DNA from: a virus
Taxonomy: Duplodnaviria; Caudoviricetes
IMG/VR virus record: IMGVR_UViG_3300030117_001005
Coordinates: 1 to 54,687 of that record
Direction: 5' to 3' (one strand)
DNA: 54,687 bases
Within the stretch, counting starts at the first letter, position 1. Each line of letters opens with the position of its first letter. Below the pieces are notes generated by a model. The model was not told where the DNA came from. It was given only the letters and a program-made list of their open reading frames with translations, and searched no databases. The position numbers and the translations under genes are program-made. Shown one piece after another: positions 42,909 through 53,048 of the stretch.

Positions 42909-45900
42909 TATCCTATCCCTACTATACTTTTAAATACTTCTTTTAAGAAATTACCTGAGTTTGCTGCTGCTTGTATATCAGCTTCTAACTTTGCTGCTTC
43001 TTTGACACCTTCTATCTGTAACTTTTCAAGGACAACAGCATTAGCTCTTTGAGCGTTGTTCTCTGAGATCTGAAAGGCCATTGAAAGAATGTCTCTTTCT
43101 CTCATCCATATCTCATCTAACGCCCTCATAGTCAACCCATTTACGCTCTGAGCATAAGCCATGTTAGCCTCGTTTGCTGCAGCAGAATTTATGGTTGCAA
43201 TGTTCTGTCTCCACTGAGCATTTGCTTGTGCCACAGCAAGATAGTTCTGAGCGTTAAACCTTTCTCTTACATCCTGTAACTCAGCATTAAACTCTAGCAA
43301 CGTGTTTATTTCGTCAGCGTTAAACTGTTGCATTGCGTTGAGTTGGGCAGCATTGAACTGATTGACTGAAGCTTTGAGGTTAGCAAAGAACTGGTTTGCT
43401 TGGTTTTCAGAAGTAGCATTAAACTGATTTACTGCGTTCTCAGCAGCACTATCAGACAATATTGAATTAATTAGTGATTGTTGTTTAAACAAAGCTGATT
43501 GTTGATCGTTAGACAAGTTAGCCATGTCAACTTGTAAAAAGTTCTGAGCGTTTTGTACTTGTGCTTGCTGTCTGTTGTTAAGGTTAGATATGTCAAGCTG
43601 AGATATGGCAGCAGCCTCAGCCATAACTACAGCTTGTCTGTTAGACAGATTCTGAAGTTGCATGGTGTTAGCAGCCCTAGAGTTTTCTAAGGCTATCTGT
43701 TGATCTGCAGTAAACTGCAGGTTAGCAATCTCAGACACAGTAGTAGCATTTTTTACTTTAGCTTGGAAAGCTTGATCAAACTCAATACCTAAGAACTTAG
43801 CACGTTGTTCAGCTTTAAACAAAGCCATCTGCTGTTTGTTACCTGCGTCTATTTGAGCAATAGGCAATGCGGCTTCCATAGCAGCCTGTACAATAGCTTG
43901 TCCTGCAAGAGATGAAGCACCAAGACCACGTTCTGCTAAGACTGCTGTAGCTCTTCTCATAGATCCTGCAGCCCAAGCAGGTGTGTTACCACCTTCAAAC
44001 TGTTGCATCAAAGAAGCTAGTTCATCTTGAACTGTAGCAGCCTGTACTTCACCAGTTCCAAATGTTGCTGATACTTTTCCTTGATCAACACCAGTACCAA
44101 CAACAAGCTCTCCGTTTGGACCGGTGCGTAGTTCACGAGTAGGAGCATTCTCAACGTTAAGAGCAGAACTCGTTACCCCTGCTAATCCAGAAACACCAGA
44201 AGTATTTTGTTGTTGAGCAGTGATAGTGCTAGAGGGTTGATCCAGATTAGCAGCACTCATTGTTGAAGTTGCTGACTTTATAGCAGTCTGTGTTTTGTCA
44301 GCACTAATGTCTGCTGCTCTTTTTTCTGTGGGTGCATCAGCTACCACACCAGTACCCATTTGAGCTATTTCATCTCTGCGTACAATAGGAGCTACACCTA
44401 GTGACTGACCTGCAGTAGCTTCTATTACAGATCCGTAAGTATTAGGATCTATGTAAGTAGTTGGTGATGCAGCTATTGCACCTTGAGGTGCTCCATAAGC
44501 TTGAGCAACAAGATTTCTTTGAAACTGACCTAAATCTTCTTTTGTTACTTGTTGCTGAGTATTTATTCCACTCTGATTTATGTCTGCTGTCTGTGGGGGC
44601 ATAGGAAAAGTATCAACAATTGGGCTTGTATCTACATTTGCTGCATATGCTGCTGCATTTGCTGCCGCATTTGCCGTAAGTTGGTCTACGTCTGCTGCAT
44701 TTTTGGCTGCGTTAGCTTCTGCTAGTGTTGCAAATAACTGTGAGAATCTACCGTCAGGATACTGTATCTTAAACTGTGTACCATCTTGAACAACAAAACC
44801 ACCTGGAGCATAACTCTGTACCATACCACCTTGGGAAAAATATCCCTGTTGTTCCATTTCATCTCGCAATTGGTCAGCTTGCTGTTGTTGTGTAGATTGT
44901 GTAGTCTGTGTGTTGGCCTGAGTTTTAGGAACTAAATAGTATCCTGCAGGAATAGGTTGAGATGGTTTACCGTTGATATGTTGAATATACATAGTCATAC
45001 CAAAACTATTTCTGTATAGCCTCATTTCAAAAGTAGGTGCTAGATTTTGATTAAACTGTTCTTGTGGAGTTTGGGGTTGATAGAATTGTTGTTGTTGATT
45101 AGCTCTAGCAATAAAACTATCTTCTTGGTTTTCTAGCCCTTGTTGAAACGTAGGTATTTGTTGTTGAGTTACACCTGTCATAGCAGGAGTTGAAGTTCCT
45201 ACATTGCTTGTTCCTGCTAGTGGTGTTGAGATGTAACCAGTAGTGTTTGGAGTAAAGAAGCTACCAGTCTGCCCTGTGGCTGCTGTAGGATCTTGAGCAA
45301 TATCTATCTGAGCAGTTGGATTAAGAGATGTGGCAACACCATCAGCACCTAAAAGTTTAGCATCATCTTCTTCTAATATTTTTAATTTCTTTAATATTTC
45401 AACCCACTGTAAAGAGTTGTACAAATCACCAGTAGCATCAACTTGATATTGTTGATTTATAGCTTGTTCTTGATCTAAATATTTTTTATCGTAGATACCG
45501 TCAAAATCACCTACTGGTTTTAAAGCTATACTTTCTTTACCTGAATCTTTTAAAAGGTTTTGAATAAGAACTTGGTTAGCAAGGTTATCGTTAACCATAA
45601 ACCTGTATTCTTCACCAGTTTCTTCATCGATCTGACCTGCGTATGATTGTAAATTCTCAGAAGTACTTTCTAAATACCCGTAGTCTTGAGCGACTTCATA
45701 AGCGTTAAGATAAGCGACTGCTCCTGCATCCCTAGGACCACCTAAAGTAGAGTTATCATAAAATGTTTCATTATTTCCTACCTCGTATCCGTATTCTCTA
45801 AGTAAACCCTCAACACTATCTATTTCTCCTGCTTCCCCTGTTCCAGGAGAATTTAAAGGTGTATCTTCAGTTAAACCTGCAGCTACTTTTAACTCGTTAA

Positions 45901-46327
45901 GAGTCTCTGTTGCAACACCAGTAACACCAGAGAGATATACTGCATCAGCTAAGTTTGCTACTGCGTCATCAGCAGAAGTTTCTTCTTCTGTTGGTGTTTC
46001 TTCTGCCTCTGCCTCTGCTGCCGCTGCGGCTGCTGCTGCTGCTGCTGCTTCTGCGGCTGCTTTTCTACGTGCTCTTTTCTTACGTCTTTTTTTAGCTCTT
46101 CTAGAAGCTGCTGCTGCATATTCTCTTGCAGCACTCGCATTGCTAGATGAACTACTTGACTCAACAGGATCTTGATTTTGCCCTGTTACATTTCCTTCAC
46201 TATCTGTAGTAAAAACAACAGGGTTAGTAGGGTTGTTTAATACAGTACCTGTTGCTAATGTTGCCCCTGTAGGTATTTGTGTTACTGAAGAATTTGCATT
46301 ACTTGGATTTACATTTTGTTCAGGCAT
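42908..46327 (-). CDS. Large Gln/Asn/Ala-rich virion (ejection) protein
   Basis: 1139 aa; low-complexity N-half, PAWAAG..RGLGASSLAG, NAQ/QFNA heptads. Confidence 0.6.
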   Translation of the reverse strand: MPEQNVNPSNANSSVTQIPTGATLATGTVLNNPTNPVVFTTDSEGNVTGQNQDPVESSSSSSNASAAREYAAAASRRAKKRRKKRARRKAAAEAAAAAAAAAAAEAEAEETPTEEETSADDAVANLADAVYLSGVTGVATETLNELKVAAGLTEDTPLNSPGTGEAGEIDSVEGLLREYGYEVGNNETFYDNSTLGGPRDAGAVAYLNAYEVAQDYGYLESTSENLQSYAGQIDEETGEEYRFMVNDNLANQVLIQNLLKDSGKESIALKPVGDFDGIYDKKYLDQEQAINQQYQVDATGDLYNSLQWVEILKKLKILEEDDAKLLGADGVATSLNPTAQIDIAQDPTAATGQTGSFFTPNTTGYISTPLAGTSNVGTSTPAMTGVTQQQIPTFQQGLENQEDSFIARANQQQQFYQPQTPQEQFNQNLAPTFEMRLYRNSFGMTMYIQHINGKPSQPIPAGYYLVPKTQANTQTTQSTQQQQADQLRDEMEQQGYFSQGGMVQSYAPGGFVVQDGTQFKIQYPDGRFSQLFATLAEANAAKNAADVDQLTANAAANAAAYAANVDTSPIVDTFPMPPQTADINQSGINTQQQVTKEDLGQFQRNLVAQAYGAPQGAIAASPTTYIDPNTYGSVIEATAGQSLGVAPIVRRDEIAQMGTGVVADAPTEKRAADISADKTQTAIKSATSTMSAANLDQPSSTITAQQQNTSGVSGLAGVTSSALNVENAPTRELRTGPNGELVVGTGVDQGKVSATFGTGEVQAATVQDELASLMQQFEGGNTPAWAAGSMRRATAVLAERGLGASSLAGQAIVQAAMEAALPIAQIDAGNKQQMALFKAEQRAKFLGIEFDQAFQAKVKNATTVSEIANLQFTADQQIALENSRAANTMQLQNLSNRQAVVMAEAAAISQLDISNLNNRQQAQVQNAQNFLQVDMANLSNDQQSALFKQQSLINSILSDSAAENAVNQFNATSENQANQFFANLKASVNQFNAAQLNAMQQFNADEINTLLEFNAELQDVRERFNAQNYLAVAQANAQWRQNIATINSAAANEANMAYAQSVNGLTMRALDEIWMRERDILSMAFQISENNAQRANAVVLEKLQIEGVKEAAKLEADIQAAANSGNFLKEVFKSIVGIG

Positions 46328-46338
46328 ACTTTAATTCC

Positions 46339-46593
46339 TTATTTTCCCATTGTCATCCATACCGCACCTGCAATAAATGTCAGGACTCCAACGGTAGTCA
46401 TTTTTACTACTGTAGATCTTATAGATCTGCGTGTATCTCTCCACGCTTCTATGAGATTACGCATCTCTATTATATCTTTTGCAGCATCATCATCAAGTAG
46501 CCCAATAGAACGCAGTGCTTCTTTAGCACCACGACTAGCTGCGTTGTCTAGCATCTCTTCTAGTTCTTCTGGGGTAAGTTTGATGTCACTCAT
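46339..46593 (-). CDS. DUF6127-like membrane protein
   Basis: ELEEMLD.AA.RGAKEAL..IGL.D..A..DI.E.R.L..AWR, C-terminal TM. Confidence 0.6.
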   Translation of the reverse strand: MSDIKLTPEELEEMLDNAASRGAKEALRSIGLLDDDAAKDIIEMRNLIEAWRDTRRSIRSTVVKMTTVGVLTFIAGAVWMTMGK

Positions 46594-46795
46594 TTACATT
46601 CTCTAGTGATTTAGATAGCATACTTATAAATGCTTCTCGTCCTACGTTAAGTTGATCAACATTAAACTTAGCACTTTTTAATTTACGGTCTAAGTCTTGT
46701 ATATGGTTCAACATACTCTTCTGTTGATCTGTTAAGTCTTCTGCAAAATATTCTTTGTTGTTGATAATAACTGGGGTTTTTTTATCTTTTCCCAT
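46586..46795 (-). CDS. Small coiled-coil protein of the tail-fibre module
   Basis: INNKEYFAEDLTDQQK..IQDL. Confidence 0.55.
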   Translation of the reverse strand: MGKDKKTPVIINNKEYFAEDLTDQQKSMLNHIQDLDRKLKSAKFNVDQLNVGREAFISMLSKSLENVNE

Positions 46796-46796
46796 T

Positions 46797-47663
46797 TTAT
46801 TTCTCCTTTGTTTTATCCTCCAACTGAGGCGTGTTTGTTAAAGATGTTTTATCTAATATGTTAAAACCACGACTGTTAGCAAAGTCACCTGGACAGTGCG
46901 CCCACTTGTCTGCACAAGCCTCTAGCCACTGTACTGTGTGGTGATGCTCTGGTGCTTTACCTTCTTGCACTAATTTGTTCTCCCACTCTAGGTAAGCAAA
47001 CACTTCAGCCTGTGCCTGTGCTGCATTGATACCAAGGTCAAACAAATAGATCATGTTACCTTCATCAATGACACCCTGTCGTGGTCTTGCACTGTTAAGT
47101 GCTTGCTTCATGCAGGTCATAATATGGTACTTGATTTCTTCTAACTCGTAGTCTTCTTCTGTTAGTTCTTCTTTACCTATCTTTTCCATCAGGTTGTCGT
47201 ATTGGTTTGTAAAAAAGTTTAGCTTACGTACTGCACCTTCAACATAACCACGAGAGCTTGCAGCCTGTGCTTGCTTCTCTGTTATCTTAATCTCTAGCAT
47301 CTCTTGCTCTAGTGGGTCAGTTTCCTTTAGTAACTTACGTTCTAGCTTTTTTAGTTTTACTTCGTCTTTTTTCATCTTGAAGTAAGACTCTTGTAGTGCA
47401 GACTTAGTTTTTTCTATCTCAGCTAGACTGTGCTTAATAGAACGTATCGGTGTAATAGCTGTAACATCTAGTGTTACACTCATCATCTGCGAGTGAGACT
47501 TATAGAAGTTGCTTGATGCCTGTCGTATAGCAGGAGCGTGTTCTTTTATGTTAGCCAACATAGATTTGTATTCAGGCTTTGACATTGGTAGCTGAATGTC
47601 TATGTCTTGTGTGACCAGTTGTGTCTGATCCTCGTTATAAGTTTTTGATAAGTCTTTTAACAT
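46797..47663 (-). CDS. Coiled-coil protein downstream of the receptor-binding genes (possible assembly chaperone)
   Basis: 288 aa with heptads; AAGGA RBS. Confidence 0.55.
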   Translation of the reverse strand: MLKDLSKTYNEDQTQLVTQDIDIQLPMSKPEYKSMLANIKEHAPAIRQASSNFYKSHSQMMSVTLDVTAITPIRSIKHSLAEIEKTKSALQESYFKMKKDEVKLKKLERKLLKETDPLEQEMLEIKITEKQAQAASSRGYVEGAVRKLNFFTNQYDNLMEKIGKEELTEEDYELEEIKYHIMTCMKQALNSARPRQGVIDEGNMIYLFDLGINAAQAQAEVFAYLEWENKLVQEGKAPEHHHTVQWLEACADKWAHCPGDFANSRGFNILDKTSLTNTPQLEDKTKEK

Positions 47664-47678
47664 TTTAATCCTTTTGTG

Positions 47679-49835
47679 TTATGCGATTGCGTAGAAGATA
47701 TATGTTTCACCAGATTCATTTAAAACTACCCCTCCAGTTTGATTAATTGTAAAACCACTTTCAAGAGGATCTATAAAATCATATCCACCACCTTGAGCAT
47801 TCATTGCATTTAATTGTAAATAATTATCATTACCTGCAACAAGCCCACGAGTTGTATCAAAAATTACCCAACTACCTGTAGCATCTACATTTTTGATTAA
47901 AACAAACCTAGCACCAGTACCGCCACTAAAACCACAGTCTATGTTTTGACTAGAGCCGTTTCCAGTATAGCTTCCCAACTTGGATACACCTGCTGCAGTA
48001 GCAAAAAGGTAGGCTATGTAGGTTTCTGAAGATTTATTTACTGCATTTCCAGTACCTACAGTAAAAACTGATGACGTTGGTGCAGTATCATTAAAATAAG
48101 TTGCGGTATCAAATTCTGCAGAATTGCTGTTTAACTCTAAACCGTAATCTTCTGGATCAGTGCCACCGTTTGCACCTTTATGATACACAGCCCAATTTTG
48201 CGTAGAGCTTCGCATTTTTATCCACATCATTTCTGGTGCTACACCAAGGTTGTGGGTCACCGTTCTTGCACTTCCTGTGCCTGTGTATGCAACAACGTCA
48301 AAATAACCTCTGGCTCTTTTCCACATCCATGAAAAATTATTTACATCTGAATTAGTACTTGAACCAATCCCTTGCATTTGGTCAAACGCATAAGCACTTC
48401 CACCATAAGCTTGCTCATCTGTATTAGCATCTAAAAAAAGAGTTTCTACTTTACCACGCAGTCTATCGTAAGTGTACCATTGTGTACTTGCTGTAACGTC
48501 TGATCTATTAGTAAACATATCTACTGTAAATCCTGCTTGATATGCAGGGGGTGGACTATTTTGACCCCGTTCACCAATAGCAAACACATCAGACGCTGTA
48601 GTTGGGGTTTGCATACCACCACGTCTTATTGCTATATAGATGTAGGTGTTGCCATTTCCATTTACATTATCGTTTGCTCTTTTAAGTTGAAACCCACTTG
48701 CGTTAAATTCTACTAAGTCAGAACTTGTTTGCTCATCATTTGCTGAGTTAGGTGATAGAGAGTTATCATTTCCACCAGTAAGCACGCCTCTCATATTATC
48801 AAGTATAAATGATGAGTTTCCACTTGCATCTGTGTGTTTTATAAAAAGCCATTGAGGTTCAAATCCTAAATCAATAACTGGTCCTGTAGTTGAATTATTT
48901 CCAGTATAACTTCCACACTTAATAATGTCCTGATCTCCAGGTTCACCAAAGCCCCCATCATCGTTGTTGTGTGCGAATAAATAGGCTACATAGGTTGCTC
49001 CATTAATATTGCTTAAAACTGCGGCAGGACTGTTAAGACCATTAGTATGATCACCTGCATTTAAATAAAAATGAGTAGCGTCAGAAACACCACTACCGTT
49101 TCTAAATATAGGAAGATAGTTAGATCCTGATGGGGATGCATCCTGATATTCTGAATCAGTTGAGTTAAGTTTAGTTAAATAATTAGTTCTATCTTTGTGT
49201 TTTATCCACCAATCACTTGAATCATCTGTACGTTTAATAATAATTACATGAGGAGCAACACCAAGATTATGAGGAATAGCTTTTGAATATAAATTACCAT
49301 CATTGTAATTTCCATCCCCAGTATACGTCACAACATCAAAAAACTTAGGCTGCTTTCTAAAAGTCCAAGAAACATATTCTGCACTATTAGTATTTATACT
49401 TGCATCAGCCCCAATACTAAAACCATTATTATTAAATGCAGTTACAGCATCTGAAGGACTATAAGCTCGTTGGTTATTATTTGATCTAAGCCTCCCTCCA
49501 GTACCTGTTCCTCTTTCAGTATCATACAAAGTGTGATCACCATTTGTACTGCTATCACGTCTTTTAGTCCAAACTAAGCCACCACTACCACTAAGGTTAA
49601 TATTATTAGTTATTGTTTGTGTGCCACCATTTCCATCATATAAATGAGTGCTAAACAAACCATCAACAAAAGCAGCAGGGTCAATGTTAGCTGCGTTAGG
49701 CCAGTTACCACCTTTGATAAGATCTAGTGCTTCATTAATATCCCACACACCTGACGCTTTACTAGTTTTAAAGTTACCATCAGGTACTACTTTACTAGCA
49801 GATATAACGTTAGCTGTGAAGTCTCTAGTTGTCAT
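47679..49835 (-). CDS. Tail fibre / receptor-binding protein 3
   Basis: Repeated FDVV.YTG.G..I.H.LG..P and CGSYTG..LGFEPQW domains; N-terminal SGVW..WP. Confidence 0.7.
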   Translation of the reverse strand: MTTRDFTANVISASKVVPDGNFKTSKASGVWDINEALDLIKGGNWPNAANIDPAAFVDGLFSTHLYDGNGGTQTITNNINLSGSGGLVWTKRRDSSTNGDHTLYDTERGTGTGGRLRSNNNQRAYSPSDAVTAFNNNGFSIGADASINTNSAEYVSWTFRKQPKFFDVVTYTGDGNYNDGNLYSKAIPHNLGVAPHVIIIKRTDDSSDWWIKHKDRTNYLTKLNSTDSEYQDASPSGSNYLPIFRNGSGVSDATHFYLNAGDHTNGLNSPAAVLSNINGATYVAYLFAHNNDDGGFGEPGDQDIIKCGSYTGNNSTTGPVIDLGFEPQWLFIKHTDASGNSSFILDNMRGVLTGGNDNSLSPNSANDEQTSSDLVEFNASGFQLKRANDNVNGNGNTYIYIAIRRGGMQTPTTASDVFAIGERGQNSPPPAYQAGFTVDMFTNRSDVTASTQWYTYDRLRGKVETLFLDANTDEQAYGGSAYAFDQMQGIGSSTNSDVNNFSWMWKRARGYFDVVAYTGTGSARTVTHNLGVAPEMMWIKMRSSTQNWAVYHKGANGGTDPEDYGLELNSNSAEFDTATYFNDTAPTSSVFTVGTGNAVNKSSETYIAYLFATAAGVSKLGSYTGNGSSQNIDCGFSGGTGARFVLIKNVDATGSWVIFDTTRGLVAGNDNYLQLNAMNAQGGGYDFIDPLESGFTINQTGGVVLNESGETYIFYAIA

Positions 49836-50770
49836 TATTGAAGTCCTCCATGAGCAGAACTAAACCCACTATTACAGCTATCTGTAGTTGCTAATAAATT
49901 ACCAAAACTAGCAGAGTTACCTGCACTAGCTATTGTTATAAACTCTATTGATGAACGCAAACCAGAACTGTCACCTCCTCCCATAACTCCACGAGTTGCA
50001 TTAGAAGTAGATGCAAGCCTACGTGTAGCTGCTGAAAGATCACCAAAATCAGTAACGTTACCAGTAGTGTCTGTAGTAACAAACTCTAGTACATTAGAGT
50101 TATAACCCCCTGTAAAAACAGTTCTAGTTGCATTAGAAAGAGCATCACCTTGTTGTCTAGCAGAACTCAAGTCACCAAAGTCTGTGGAGTTACCTGTGGA
50201 ACTTATAGTAAAATATTGAATACGGTCAGTAGCACTTGATTCAATACCACCACCTACTAACATACGGACACTACTTCCTGCTCCTGAAGGAGAGGTATTT
50301 GCTGCTGCAAGATCACCGAAGTCTGTAGCATTACCTGCACTAGCTATTGTTACGTAATCTACCACATCTGATTTACTACCTGTATCACCACCTGCAACCA
50401 TACCTCTAGTAGAACTTGAGTGACCTGCACACTCTTCTCTAGCCACTGTTAAATCACCGAAGTCTGTAGCATCTCCTGTAGTTACAAAAGTTATAAAATC
50501 TATTATGTTTACTGGGCCACCATCACCGCCTCCAACTACACCTCTGGTTGTACTACCAAAACCTGCACCTTTACCTCTTTGAGTTGTAAAATCACCGAAG
50601 TCTGTAGCATTACCTGCTGTAGCTACACTAAATGTTTGTAGCCCACTAGCGTTACTAATAATAGCAATACCATTTGCAGCACGAGTTGCAGGACTTATAT
50701 TATCTGCACTCCAATCTGAAGAGTACTGTATTTGTGTTGTGAGTGACCACACGCCATTATAGTTAGGCAT
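49835..50770 (-). CDS. Repeat (probable beta-propeller) tail-associated protein
   Basis: About six GNATDFGDL..S.TR.V.GGG repeats at roughly 43-aa period. Confidence 0.65.
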   Translation of the reverse strand: MPNYNGVWSLTTQIQYSSDWSADNISPATRAANGIAIISNASGLQTFSVATAGNATDFGDFTTQRGKGAGFGSTTRGVVGGGDGGPVNIIDFITFVTTGDATDFGDLTVAREECAGHSSSTRGMVAGGDTGSKSDVVDYVTIASAGNATDFGDLAAANTSPSGAGSSVRMLVGGGIESSATDRIQYFTISSTGNSTDFGDLSSARQQGDALSNATRTVFTGGYNSNVLEFVTTDTTGNVTDFGDLSAATRRLASTSNATRGVMGGGDSSGLRSSIEFITIASAGNSASFGNLLATTDSCNSGFSSAHGGLQ

Positions 50771-50789
50771 TATTTATTAATCCTTTGTG

Positions 50790-53036
50790 TTATGATGGGT
50801 CATTAGCTATTGCATAAAAAATATAAGTTATACTATTGGCATTTACCTGTAGAGCAGAAGTATGATTTAATTTAAACCCACTAGAATCAGGTTCAATTAA
50901 ATTATGATAATCTTGAGAAGGTGAACCATCTGGTATTTGAGCATTAGTTAGGTTTAATCGTAAAAGTTCTGCTTTAGTAGACGTAAGACCTCTAGCGGTA
51001 TCAAAAATTTGCCAGTTAGTGCCATTTGAATTTGCATCTTTAATCAATACAAACTTAGCTCCATTAGTAAATCCACAGTCTATAACACGATCAGATGCTG
51101 CATTTCCAGTATAGCTTCCCACCTTGCTTACACCTGCTACGGTAGCAAAAAGATAGGCTATGTAGGTCCTACTAGAATCATTTACTGAATCATCAGTGCC
51201 TAAAGTAAACACTGAAGATGTGGGTGTTGTGTCGTTCCATCGTGCAGAGTTTGTTGAAACTGGAGTGTCATTATTTAACTCCATATATTTAGTATTTCCT
51301 AATGCTGAATGATAAACTTGCCAATGACTAGCATTACTTCTGCTTTTTACCCACATCATTTCAGGCACTGCATCTAAATTATGAGTTATAGTTCTATTGC
51401 TTCCGTTACCTGAGTAAGCAACCACATCAAAATAACCTCTGGCTCTTTTCCACATCCAACTGTGGGCATCTGTACCACCCCAATCAGAATCAATGTGACC
51501 ATCCATAAAGTCAAAACCTGCCTCACTTGCATTAGCTTCAGCAGCCGTTGAATTTGTTGCTAAATACTTCTCACCCATATGTCTTGCGTAGTTATACCAA
51601 TCGCCAGTAGCACCTGCTGATTTTACAAGAGCCATATCCACAATGTGATTGCTATCAAAGTAAGGAGCACTGCTACCTTTTGTATCAATAGAAAATACAC
51701 TAGACGCTACAGTAGGAGTTGACATACCAGGTCTACGTATTGCCACGTATATGTAGCTGTCACCATTGCCGTTTACATTTGTGTTAGAGTTTGTAAGATC
51801 AAATCCTGTTGCTGTAGGGTTTATCCAGTTTTGAGAACTCATTTCTGCGTTAGATGAATTAGGAATTAAACCAAAATCGGCATCGCCCATTGCCATCCCT
51901 CTCATAACGTCAAAAATATACCATGAAGCTGAAGAATTTGTTCTTTTAATCATTACCCATTGAGGCTCAAACCCAAGACTAACACTATTTAGTGAAGAAC
52001 CATCACCAGTGTAACTTCCACACTTAATGATATCTTCACTATCTGGACCAAACCCACCGTCACCGTCATTGTGTGCAAATAGGTAGGCTACATAAGTAGA
52101 ATTATTTTCATTATGATAAGTTATATTGTCTGGACCACCTAATTGAAATTGTGTAGTGGTAAAACCAGATGCTTGACCAAAAACTCCACCATTACTACCG
52201 CCACTATAAGTAGCTTCTTGAGTATTTATAAATACTGATTGATAGTCACTAAAAGTTCTATGCCAATTTATCCAACCTGCTACCGAACCACCGCTTGTTT
52301 TCTTTACCATAACGTGTCCTGGAACAGATCCTAAATTGTGACTTATGTTTCTATAATTAGTTCCATCTCCAGTGTATGTTACAATATCAAAAAACTTAGG
52401 CTGCTCCCTAAAGGTCCACCCAACATATTCGTAAGTATTGCCATTAACAGCAGTTGAGCTACCTAAAGCAAAACCATTTGAGTTAAATGCACTTAATCCA
52501 TCAGCTAGTTCAGATTGTGCATTTGTATCATCAGACAATATTCTATAAGCAAAACTCGATCCTTTTCCTCTTACAGTATCAAAAAGACCGTTAACAAGTG
52601 CTTGATCTCGTGATTTAATCCAAACTAAACCACCTTTATTAGATAGATCAATATTATTTGTAATTGTTTGAGTTGAACCATTACCATCCCATAGGGTAGT
52701 CTGAAACAAACCACTAATAACTTCTGCAAGAGGAGTAAAACTAGCACTAGCTGCACTGGCAGCAGATGTACCATAAGCATTTCTTGCGTAAACTCTAGCT
52801 GTGTAAGATGTGTTGTTAGTTAAACCAGTAATAGTTATAGGTGATGAACTACCTGTAGCTCCAATACCATCGTTAGTTGTTGCAACATATTCTGTAATAG
52901 CAGACGTGCCTACATCAGTAGGTGCAGTAAATGCTATATCTGCTTGTGTTGAACCTGCACTAGGTGTACCGATAGTTGGTTCATCAGGTGCATCTAATCC
53001 ATCAGTGCCTATAAAACCACCGTTGTATCTGGGCAT
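50790..53036 (-). CDS. Tail fibre / receptor-binding protein 2 with an FN3-like domain
   Basis: APDEPT..ITITGLTNNTSYTARVYARNAYGTS (FN3), then the same repeat domains as 47679..49835. Confidence 0.7.
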   Translation of the reverse strand: MPRYNGGFIGTDGLDAPDEPTIGTPSAGSTQADIAFTAPTDVGTSAITEYVATTNDGIGATGSSSPITITGLTNNTSYTARVYARNAYGTSAASAASASFTPLAEVISGLFQTTLWDGNGSTQTITNNIDLSNKGGLVWIKSRDQALVNGLFDTVRGKGSSFAYRILSDDTNAQSELADGLSAFNSNGFALGSSTAVNGNTYEYVGWTFREQPKFFDIVTYTGDGTNYRNISHNLGSVPGHVMVKKTSGGSVAGWINWHRTFSDYQSVFINTQEATYSGGSNGGVFGQASGFTTTQFQLGGPDNITYHNENNSTYVAYLFAHNDGDGGFGPDSEDIIKCGSYTGDGSSLNSVSLGFEPQWVMIKRTNSSASWYIFDVMRGMAMGDADFGLIPNSSNAEMSSQNWINPTATGFDLTNSNTNVNGNGDSYIYVAIRRPGMSTPTVASSVFSIDTKGSSAPYFDSNHIVDMALVKSAGATGDWYNYARHMGEKYLATNSTAAEANASEAGFDFMDGHIDSDWGGTDAHSWMWKRARGYFDVVAYSGNGSNRTITHNLDAVPEMMWVKSRSNASHWQVYHSALGNTKYMELNNDTPVSTNSARWNDTTPTSSVFTLGTDDSVNDSSRTYIAYLFATVAGVSKVGSYTGNAASDRVIDCGFTNGAKFVLIKDANSNGTNWQIFDTARGLTSTKAELLRLNLTNAQIPDGSPSQDYHNLIEPDSSGFKLNHTSALQVNANSITYIFYAIANDPS

Positions 53037-53048
53037 TATTAATTACCT

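Noticed and set aside
47679-53036. Diversity-generating retroelement or invertible tail-fibre switch
   Set aside because: No reverse transcriptase or invertase; the repeats are direct and I saw no adenine-specific mismatch pattern.
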